The notes under the pieces: generated by a model
The model's input: the letters and a program-made list of their open reading frames with translations, nothing else
Told to the model about the DNA's origin: nothing
Databases searched by the model: none
Origin: Cyanophora paradoxa CCMP329
Taxonomy: Eukaryota; Plantae; Glaucophyta
Direction of reading: 5' to 3'
Assembly (NCBI GenBank): GCA_004431415.1
Contig: QPMI01000435.1
Location: forward strand, 1-64,000
DNA: 64,000 nucleotides
Part shown: positions 12,174-20,272 of the stretch, one piece after another
How the letters are laid out: every line of letters starts with the position of its first letter
Numbering within the stretch: position 1 is the stretch's first letter
Made by a program: the position numbers and the translations under genes

Positions 12174-13556
12174 ATGTCACGGATCGTCAGAAGGGTAGCG
12201 GGTGAGGAGACAGAGACTACCATACTCCCTATTGCGGTTCCTGAAACTGAGCTAATCCCCCAAAAAATTACAAAACGCCAAGCAAAATCAAATTTATTAG
12301 GAGATGTTACTTTTAGCATTGCTAACCCGTCCTCTAAGATCGTGCGACGCATGTATGACCCAAAGACAGGTTTTAAGAACCCATCGGCATTGTACGAAGA
12401 GCTGAGAAAAGAGGACAAGAGCCTCACACTGAAAGAAGTGCAAGATGTCGCAGCGAAACAAGAATTTATGCAGATCAACAAGAAGCCCCCCGCACCAACC
12501 CAAACCGCTTTTATTCCCATCACAGCCCCGCCGTGGTGTTACCAAGCGGATCTCATTTTTTATCTCTCATATGGCAATTATAATTCCGGCTACATTGCAG
12601 TCCTTACTCTCATCGAGATGACAAGCCGAAAAGCATATGCCAAGAAGTTAAAGAATAAGGAGGGCGCAAGTGTTGCCGCCGCTTTTGCGGAGATGCTCAC
12701 AGAGCTCCCGGCTCCGATGATTCGATTGGAGACAGATAACGGTTCTGAATTCATCGCAAAGGAGTTTCAGGAGGTCGTCAAAAGCAATGGAATAGAGCAT
12801 CGCTTCAAGCAGGTCGGAGATCACACTTCGCTGGGAATTATGAATCGCTTTCATTTGACCCTAAAAACGATGATAAACAATTACTGTGTCGCATATAATA
12901 CAGTGCGGTTCATGGACAAGCTGGACGACTTCGTTTTCAATTATAACAACACCGTTCACAGAACAATAGGAATGAAGCCCGCAGATGTTAAGCTCTCAGA
13001 TATGGAGCGGATCCGCGCGGCTATTATTTCGAGAAAGAATACGATCGTCAAGGATATATTCAGCGACTTTAAACCGGGGCTCCACGTCCGCGTATTGTTG
13101 CCAAGATCAAAGTTCGATAAAGGAGCGACTCAAAGGTACAGCCGAGAGGTCTACAAAATTGCGGGAAGGAGAGGAAACGCGATAGAGGTGCAAGATGCAG
13201 CCGGGAACCTAATGCCGAAGCTTTTTAAACCGCACGAATTGCAGATCATTACAGAGGTCGAGGCTGTGGTGGAACCATCAGGCAACGCAATCAAAGCAGC
13301 CGAAATAGAAGCCGCTTCTATCCGGCAGGTTCAAAAAGAAGGCATAGATGTCGCCGCAAGTGTTCCGAAAGGGGCTCTATTGGAAGATCGCGCGGAGAAG
13401 ACGAAGAGGGCGCTTAGAGAGCTTGCAAAACTCACGATCGCGGGAACTGAGAAGCTCTCTGAGGTAAACAGTCAGCGGTGGTATAAATCATTCAAGAATC
13501 AGAGCGCAAGCTATACAGCCCCTACTACGCGCATTCTTCGGTCATCTCGTTCATAA
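12174..13556 (+). CDS. Retroviral-like (rve) integrase
   Basis: YQADL, ETDNGSEF, GIMNRFHLTLK, YNNTVHRTIGMKP; third catalytic position reads N. Confidence 0.92.
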   Translation: MSRIVRRVAGEETETTILPIAVPETELIPQKITKRQAKSNLLGDVTFSIANPSSKIVRRMYDPKTGFKNPSALYEELRKEDKSLTLKEVQDVAAKQEFMQINKKPPAPTQTAFIPITAPPWCYQADLIFYLSYGNYNSGYIAVLTLIEMTSRKAYAKKLKNKEGASVAAAFAEMLTELPAPMIRLETDNGSEFIAKEFQEVVKSNGIEHRFKQVGDHTSLGIMNRFHLTLKTMINNYCVAYNTVRFMDKLDDFVFNYNNTVHRTIGMKPADVKLSDMERIRAAIISRKNTIVKDIFSDFKPGLHVRVLLPRSKFDKGATQRYSREVYKIAGRRGNAIEVQDAAGNLMPKLFKPHELQIITEVEAVVEPSGNAIKAAEIEAASIRQVQKEGIDVAASVPKGALLEDRAEKTKRALRELAKLTIAGTEKLSEVNSQRWYKSFKNQSASYTAPTTRILRSSRS

Positions 13557-13594
13557 CAAACCCGAAATTATTTTCTCCGGTGAATATAAAAGAG

Positions 13595-13908
13595 ATGGAG
13601 GGTGAAAAGCATTTCGTGGATATTCCCTATGATAAAAAAGACGTTGCGAAATCCCTCGGTGGAAAGTGGATCGTGAGAATTCATGCTGGTATGTCACGAA
13701 GAAAGATCACCCGCTATGCTCTCAGTTCAAGACTCTAAGCTATGAGCAGGTGTATCAGAGAAACGTGAAGGTTTACCTCGATATTCCTTATGAATTTAAG
13801 GATCAAGCGAAGGCTGAGAGAGCCCGCTGGGATCCCGTTATGCGATGCTGGTATGTTATGGGTCTCGATCACCCGCTAATGGGCAAGTTTCCGATCAAGG
13901 AACACTAA
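13595..13908 (+). CDS. Tandem DUF5710-like domain protein (one frameshift)
   Basis: Two repeats of DIPY..KD.AK....WD....CWYV; ATG at 13595 joins ORF 13666 after restoring one G. Confidence 0.7.
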
Positions 13909-13933
13909 ATGTATATGTCGCTTTCTTCATTTT

Positions 13934-14324
13934 TTATGAAATTGGGAACCTTTGCTCTACTTGTAAGTCCCACTTTCGAACTTTCAGCCTTTCTTGTATG
14001 AGTTCGTTAATGTCCCGTGCTATACCATTGTCTTCGCTTCGGCATTTGAGCCGCATGTAAAGATATCGATCGCTAATAGCCCCTGTCGCTATAAGAGTGA
14101 GCTGTGGCATGCGACTCATCTAATAGAAAGCCAATCGCGAAACCGGGAGGGGAATTAGAGCCGTCAAAAATGCATGTGTGCTGGTGCACGATGCGCATCT
14201 TGCGATCTGTTATATATTGCGACAGGTTCGCTGTGATCCACTCGGCGCATGCCTCCGGGGACTCGGTGAACGGGTCGGTTATATAGTCAAGCATGACGTG
14301 GTAGCCGCGGTATTTGGAATCCAT
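13934..14324 (-). CDS. speD: S-adenosylmethionine decarboxylase proenzyme (prokaryotic SpeD-like; two G-run frameshifts)
   Basis: G.HVMLD, FLLDESHATAHSY, LAIDIFTCG after correction; aligns end to end with 63283-63684. Confidence 0.85.
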
Positions 14325-14776
14325 TATTATTTAAGTCGATATTTTTGTGAGCTATGAGCTGTGTGTGCTTTTGTAGCCGCCAAATCGCGCCCTTTGCGAA
14401 TCCGACCGCGCCGCTTTGTAACAGTGTAGAACTACTCTATACCCACACGGATGCAAAGTATGACTAGTGGAGCCTCATGGGAACGCGCGCCGGCGCTCAG
14501 AATGTAGCGGACACCTCGGTTTTCGGGCACTTGTGCAGAAATCGACGCCGGTCTTTGCTCCACGGTGGGCTAAGCTAGTCAAAGCATAACCATCATGCCC
14601 GGAAGCAAGTTATGAGCACGTAGCAATTGAGAGCGCGCCGAGATCAGCTTCCTGTCCAAAGTTATGCGGGAAAACGGAAGGGGGGTCGCCGCCGAGTCGC
14701 GATCGCCAACATTTGACGGCGGCTATTATACTTCTAACTGAGCATTTGAAAGGTATAACAGACCTACTGTAAGGCT

Positions 14777-14984
14777 TAGTTTCGGCGTAATGTCGGCTGA
14801 CAGGGTGATAGTTTCGGCGTAATGTCGGCTGACAGGGTGATAGTTTCGGCGTAATGTCGGCTGACAGGGTGATAGTTTCGGCGTAATGTCGGCTGACAGG
14901 GTGATAGTTTCGGCGTAATGTCGGCTGACAGGGTGATAGTTTCGGCGTAATGTCGGCTGACAGGGTGATAGTTTCGGCGTAATG
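14777..14984 (+). repeat. 32-bp tandem repeat, 6.5 copies; continues at 36721 after element 2
   Basis: Unit TAGTTTCGGCGTAATGTCGGCTGACAGGGTGA. Confidence 0.95.
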
Positions 14985-15748
14985 AAAAAACGAGAGAGAG
15001 CCCACCACGGTGGCCCCACCGGAAACTGCCACCCCATCCCTAGCACCTCTCTCGCTGCACCAGTCGTAACGTCTACCCCGCTATCCCTCCGACATCGCTC
15101 TATCGTTACGTCTAGCACCACCCCGAGCAACGTCTACAGTTCTATTACGAAGGTGGAAGCCAAGCAATATCTAATGACTATACAAGGCAGAGCTGACAAC
15201 TAGAATAGACGAAGAGGCCGCGCGGTGGTGTCTCTAGCGTTTTTTTCAGAATAGTCTAGACGATATTGCTGTGTACAGAGAAGCGGTGGCCCACCGGGAA
15301 ACCGCCACCACCATCCCTCACAACCTCTCTCGCGGCCACCGCGGTGGTGTCTCTCGCGTTTTTTTCCGCGTTGATGTCCGATACTATGGGAGACAGACGT
15401 TAAGGTGTAAGCCTAGCAATATCTGACGACTATACAAGGCAGAGGAGACAACAAGAATAGGCGAAGAGGAGCGCTGCCCCATGAGCGCGGTCTGCAGAGC
15501 AACGTGGCAGAATAGTCTAGACGATATTAATGTGTACAATGAAGCTATCAGAGGAAACACGTTTAGGTTAATTTTAGGCGATATAGATGAGTACGATGAA
15601 GCTAACAGAGGAAGCACGTTTAGGTTAATTTTAGGCGAAATGATGAGAACATTGAAGCAACCAGAGGAAAAGCGTTTAGCTCTATCTAGGCGATAATGAT
15701 GAGTACATTGAAGCACTTCGTGTCCCAAGAGCGCTCTGGTGCGGCCTC
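14985..15748 (+). repeat. Left terminal inverted repeat of element 2
   Basis: Reverse complement of 35953-36720 except four homopolymer length differences; internal 57-bp repeats and GGTGGC...GCCACC hairpins. Confidence 0.95.
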
Positions 15749-16073
15749 ATTCCACTTGATCGGGTTGCTTCTCCTTTCGGAAACTTGATAGCAAGGACTT
15801 TTTTCTTTTCAGCGGCTTTGGGATATTTGGGGGAGGCCAAGACAATCTTCGGCCTTCAGCATCAAGCCAAGGTACAGGTGAATCAGTTCGAGTAAATGGA
15901 GAATTGGACCTAGAAGTCCTGGGTGTGTTAATAGGCGAAACCTGAGTTTCTGGGGTGCGAGAGCCTTCTGTGTCTGATATTTCGAGATTAATGGTCGTCT
16001 CACAGCAACTACAATTCAATTTGCTGGTGACGTTGAGATGGAACATATCCATACATTTTCGAAGCAAATCCAT
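15747..16073 (-). CDS. Small Cys-motif protein (KLNCSCCET)
   Basis: Homologous to 1871 and 44917 genes. Confidence 0.75.
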   Translation of the reverse strand: MDLLRKCMDMFHLNVTSKLNCSCCETTINLEISDTEGSRTPETQVSPINTPRTSRSNSPFTRTDSPVPWLDAEGRRLSWPPPNIPKPLKRKKSLLSSFRKEKQPDQVE

Positions 16074-16111
16074 CTATTAATGGAAAAATATAAAAAAACA
16101 AAGGAATGCGG

Positions 16112-16935
16112 CTATGGAGCCGTATCGCTGCCGAATATAGGAAAATACCTGTTTGTCCCCACATATTCTGCATATGTGTTCTGTTTTGCAATAGCATCGG
16201 TTCGTTCAGCGAAGAGAATGCACTTGTAGATTCCGAATTTTGTGGCTCTTACTAAAAACTGGTAATCTTCTAATCCGAAATTTACACCATGATACGCGAT
16301 CCCGAAATTATCATATGGAGTGATCACAACTGAAATATTCGGGTTCCACCTTCTACTTGACAGAGTGCATAAATATCTGGAGGGATATCAACAATTACCT
16401 TATAATGATCACCAATTTCAACCAGAGAATCAACTACTGATGTCTGTTCATTTACAACAATGGGGAATATCTTGATTATATAGGGGGCATTCATACCGGG
16501 GACATAGGTGCGAATCCGCGTCAGATTGTCGATCGGGTTTGGCGTGTCGTTCACGAAGAGAGGAGCTCCGATTGTTCCCCCAACTCGAAGACCATCACCA
16601 ATATATGCGCCGCCATTTCGACAGTTAATAGCTCCAGAACGAGATTCAAAAGAGTAAGTCGAAAGAGGATCGCCGTAACTGTCTGGATCACCGTAGTGTG
16701 AGCTGAAATTTGCATTTGTTACTAGCAACTTGGTAGTTTTAACCACACCATTATTTTTATCACATCTGAGTTCCTGCAATCTAAGTTTATGTGTAGATCC
16801 GAAGGTGTTTAATGTCGGTTGTACCTCTGTTGATTGCAGACCTTCCACATCGTCAAAAGTAGCATGTTGTAGAACGTGGTTTGCAGGAGCCGCGAGCGAA
16901 AGTTGTGCCGTAACAATACGCTCAATTTCAGCCAT
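16112..16935 (-). CDS. Fibre/spike-family protein A (shared N-terminal domain; one frameshift)
   Basis: ORFs 16324-16935 and 16112-16327 join; near-identical to 61966-62795; ELRCDKNNG..KTT.LLV.N motif. Confidence 0.7.
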
Positions 16936-16958
16936 TTTACATTAAAGTGATATATATT

Positions 16959-17813
16959 TTAAGGTGTTGGATCGTCAATAACATCTGGCTCCTGGTAAAA
17001 TCCGGTTGTAAAGATATCAGCAACATTCACACCACGAAGTGCTGAAACAGCAGCTATATCTGTTCTCAGTCCAATTATCATAGTATTATAAACTCCTACC
17101 TCAGTGACAAACAAATCATAAGTAAATGTCAAATTGTTATATACACAATATCCCCGACCGAAATGATTTGATGCTTGAACAAAGAATAGGTAATTGTGAC
17201 CTGGTTGATTGTTGTTTGCTCTGCACATCGAAAGCATTGCTGTGGGAAGAGGAATATTTCTCCTCACTCGATCAGTTCCTGTTATGGAAACCAACTCCGA
17301 GTTTTCGAGGGTGACAGATGATGCAACATAGAAATGCAGGAAAGGTTGCTGTGCAACAGGTGTATAGAACCGAATTCGTTGTGGATTTTCAACATTTTGT
17401 TCAAGAGTATCCGGGACATCATTGTATGCAATTGATGAAGAGAGTTGACCTGAAACTCGACAGCCACCACCAATAAATGCGCCTCCTGAACGAATTGTAG
17501 CAGCGGCAGAATTCTTATCGAAATCGAGGGCTTTTAAATCCACACTGTATGCATCAGGTCCTCCATTTGTCGGTTGAAAGAAGTTAGCATTTGTCACAAG
17601 TAGTCGAGTGGTTTTAACTACACCCGAATTCTTATCGGCTCGGAGTTCTTTTACACGAATCATCGAATTTTTATCGAAAGAGTTACCGTTAGAATTTGGT
17701 CGCTCTGTGGATTCTAAACCGCGGACTTCATCATTTACTTCATGTTGTCGAAAGTGCATCGCTGGTGATCCAAGCGAATAAATGGGTAATTGCACACGAT
17801 TATATTCGCCCAT
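16959..17813 (-). CDS. Fibre/spike-family protein B (shared N-terminal domain)
   Basis: ELRADKNSGVVKTT motif, SGGAFIG; 9 aa differences from 61088-61942. Confidence 0.7.
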   Translation of the reverse strand: MGEYNRVQLPIYSLGSPAMHFRQHEVNDEVRGLESTERPNSNGNSFDKNSMIRVKELRADKNSGVVKTTRLLVTNANFFQPTNGGPDAYSVDLKALDFDKNSAAATIRSGGAFIGGGCRVSGQLSSSIAYNDVPDTLEQNVENPQRIRFYTPVAQQPFLHFYVASSVTLENSELVSITGTDRVRRNIPLPTAMLSMCRANNNQPGHNYLFFVQASNHFGRGYCVYNNLTFTYDLFVTEVGVYNTMIIGLRTDIAAVSALRGVNVADIFTTGFYQEPDVIDDPTP

Positions 17814-17849
17814 TGCTTCTTTTACTAAGAAGGAAAGAAAAAATAATGT

Positions 17850-18116
17850 TCATTGTTCTTCTGTGACAATATTATACTCGATCGCTTTTTTCACAGTCCC
17901 CCTTTGGAATGCCTGTAAAACAATAGCTTCCTTTGAGGTTGGTATCTGAAAGCCTGTTGATATACATGAATGGATCTCTTTCTGAACAATCTCATCAATT
18001 GCAATTCTTGCCCTGTTGTGGGCAGCATTATCAATCCAATCCTGAACAGATGCAGCGCAATATTCCATTCCCAACTTTTCGGTATCAGTTAGAACTACTT
18101 GGTAAATATTTGACAT
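17850..18116 (-). CDS. Small protein resembling marine-phage tail-fibre-associated proteins
   Basis: LTDTEK..MEY.A..VQDWIDNAAHNRARIAIDEI motif recalled from phage proteins lying next to C1q fibre genes; not searched. Confidence 0.55.
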   Translation of the reverse strand: MSNIYQVVLTDTEKLGMEYCAASVQDWIDNAAHNRARIAIDEIVQKEIHSCISTGFQIPTSKEAIVLQAFQRGTVKKAIEYNIVTEEQ

Positions 18117-18137
18117 TCTTACTCTATCAAAAGAAAA

Positions 18138-19160
18138 TTATGTAATACTTATCAACTCTCCACAAAAGGTAGTTCCAGAGGAATATGTCCCCTGGTTTGT
18201 TGTCCAAATAGTTACATATTCGTTGGCTGCAAGATTGAGAATGCAGGACATTTGAAGAGGTCTGACTATTAATGTGCCTGTGCTGGAAGCAGAAAGAGAA
18301 ATGCCCCCAGGATCGGCATCATTCAATTTGAAGAAAAGCTGAATTGGGTATTGTGTTGTTGAGTTGGTAAAAACTGAGAATCGATAATGTCCAGCAACAG
18401 GAGCTGTAAATCTTCCTGATGATCCAGTGAAGGATCCTGTTACATTAACAAGATTGGTTGCCCAATTAATGAGAGCGGTCGAAGAAGTTGCAGTGTGATT
18501 ATATCCCAATCGGAAGCAGAACCTTGGTTGGGAGCTGTTCTTTAAATAACACCCTGTATTAATTGTTAATGAATTGGCTTCAAGTGTTGCGATGGTATTG
18601 CTATTTCGCTTCAACACAAGATTAACATTTGCCCCTGTATCAATTTCAGGAGTAACTAATCTTGTTGTTGCAGTAATGGTGGGTTGAGAGTTGGTTGCTA
18701 CTGAGACTCCACCATTTGCTGTAACCATTCCTGTAAAAGTGGTTGTCCCTGTCACAGCAAGTTGAGTTGCTGTAAGAGTCCCATCAACACTTGCCCCATC
18801 TCCAATGTAGGCTCCTCCACTTCTTACTACAAGAGCAGAGTTATTAATGGTGTTGTCAAAAGTAGTAATTTTGGGTGTGGTGAACCCTCCCACATCATCA
18901 TAAATTGCTGAATCTGATACAATCGATCCCGATTGGACTTGGTTCTTATTTGACACAATTAAACCAGTGGTTCTCACCTTTCCATTATTGCGATCACATC
19001 GTACCTCTTTGCATCTGATCACAGAATTTTGAGAAAATGAATCAGCTCCTGTGGATTCTGTGCAAATAAACCCAGGGGTTGCATCTGTCACTGTGTGGTT
19101 GAGTTGATGCAATTTTGGGGCTGCATAACAGAAAACAGGAACAGCAATCTGTGTAGACAT
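18138..19160 (-). CDS. Fibre-family protein C with C-terminal C1q/TNF-like head
   Basis: Shared N-domain, beta-rich shaft, GRFTAPVAGHYRFS...LNLAANEYV...FCGELI. Confidence 0.8.
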   Translation of the reverse strand: MSTQIAVPVFCYAAPKLHQLNHTVTDATPGFICTESTGADSFSQNSVIRCKEVRCDRNNGKVRTTGLIVSNKNQVQSGSIVSDSAIYDDVGGFTTPKITTFDNTINNSALVVRSGGAYIGDGASVDGTLTATQLAVTGTTTFTGMVTANGGVSVATNSQPTITATTRLVTPEIDTGANVNLVLKRNSNTIATLEANSLTINTGCYLKNSSQPRFCFRLGYNHTATSSTALINWATNLVNVTGSFTGSSGRFTAPVAGHYRFSVFTNSTTQYPIQLFFKLNDADPGGISLSASSTGTLIVRPLQMSCILNLAANEYVTIWTTNQGTYSSGTTFCGELISIT

Positions 19161-19182
19161 TCTTTACTTTAAAGTAACAATA

Positions 19183-20253
19183 TTATGTGGCGCTAATCAG
19201 CATTCCTCCAAAGTGCGATCGATTGGTGTATACGATTGCAGCAGTGGAATTATTGTATATTCGTATCCAATCATTTGCAGCAAGGTTGATGATGCATTCA
19301 TATGATATAGGTAATAGTGACATTGAGGAAGCAAAAGTTGCTCTTGCCTCATATTCTGATGTTGTTCCATTTTTTCGAAGATTCAGAACAATCTCAGATG
19401 CAGTAGTGGTTGAGATTATCACTTGGAAACAGAAGTAATAATTTCCTGCAACAGGAGCCGTAAAATTCCCTAATGTTGAACCATTGAAGTTGTTTCCATG
19501 GTTGATAAGAACTCCTGAAAATAGAATATTTGTTCCAGTTGCTCTTGAAACTGTTGATTCTGCTGCATTTGGAGCCATAACAGAAGCCATAAAACGAGGG
19601 CAACCATTTCGTTTCAGATAGCTACCTGATGAAAATACGATTGCCTCTCTATTTGATGGTGTTGTTTGAATATTTTGTAATGTCACAATTGCGCTTCCAT
19701 TTCGTTTGTAAATAAAGTTGGTATCTGCAATTGTGTCACTCTCAGGAGTTGTTAATCTTGTTGACAGTGTGAGAGTTCCATACTGAATACTTCCTGATAG
19801 ACCACCATTTAAGTTCATCAACCCTGAAAATGAACTTGTCCCACTCACATTCAATTGATTTGCTGTAACAGTCCCCACCACAATTGCTCCATCACCAATG
19901 TAGGCTCCTCCACTTTTAACTACAAGAGCAGAAGTATTACTTGTGTTACCAAAAGTAACTATCTGAGCTGTGGTGAACCCACCCACATTATCATATATTG
20001 CTGAATCGGGAACAACTTGACCGGCTTGAACCTGATTTTTATTCGAGATTATAATACCTGTGGTTCTTATCTTGCCTCCATTTCGATCACATCTAATCTC
20101 TTTAACTCTGAGTATATTATTCTCTGTGAAAGAGGTATTGCTTGAAGTTTCAGTGCAAATATTTCCGGGTGTAGAGTCGACTACTTCATGAGAGGTGCTA
20201 TGGAGTGATTTGGCTGCAAGTTCATAGTTTGGGATTTCTAATAGAGAGGTCAT
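19183..20253 (-). CDS. Fibre-family protein D with C-terminal C1q/TNF-like head
   Basis: Paralog of 18138 gene; GNFTAPVAGNYYFCF...INLAANDWI...FGGMLI. Confidence 0.8.
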   Translation of the reverse strand: MTSLLEIPNYELAAKSLHSTSHEVVDSTPGNICTETSSNTSFTENNILRVKEIRCDRNGGKIRTTGIIISNKNQVQAGQVVPDSAIYDNVGGFTTAQIVTFGNTSNTSALVVKSGGAYIGDGAIVVGTVTANQLNVSGTSSFSGLMNLNGGLSGSIQYGTLTLSTRLTTPESDTIADTNFIYKRNGSAIVTLQNIQTTPSNREAIVFSSGSYLKRNGCPRFMASVMAPNAAESTVSRATGTNILFSGVLINHGNNFNGSTLGNFTAPVAGNYYFCFQVIISTTTASEIVLNLRKNGTTSEYEARATFASSMSLLPISYECIINLAANDWIRIYNNSTAAIVYTNRSHFGGMLISAT

Positions 20254-20272
20254 CTTTATAATTACAAGATAG

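Larger units (their letters stand above)
1..14984. mobile_element. Polinton-like virus element 1 (partial; left end outside window; probably continues at 36721-~38400 beyond nested element 2)
   Basis: A32-like ATPase, rve integrase and PolB-like replication gene; ATPase-coiled-coil-Cys protein-AT-hook gene order is the same as in element 3. Confidence 0.85.

Noticed and set aside
14777-14984. 32-bp repeat as a CRISPR array
   Set aside because: Units are contiguous with no unique spacers, and there are no cas genes
14610-15203. ORFs spanning the 32-bp repeat and TIR junction
   Set aside because: Periodic translations that cross an insertion boundary
15384-15728. ORFs inside element 2 TIRs (also 35973-36272, 36005-36220)
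   Set aside because: They derive from 57-bp internal repeats and have no recognisable protein features
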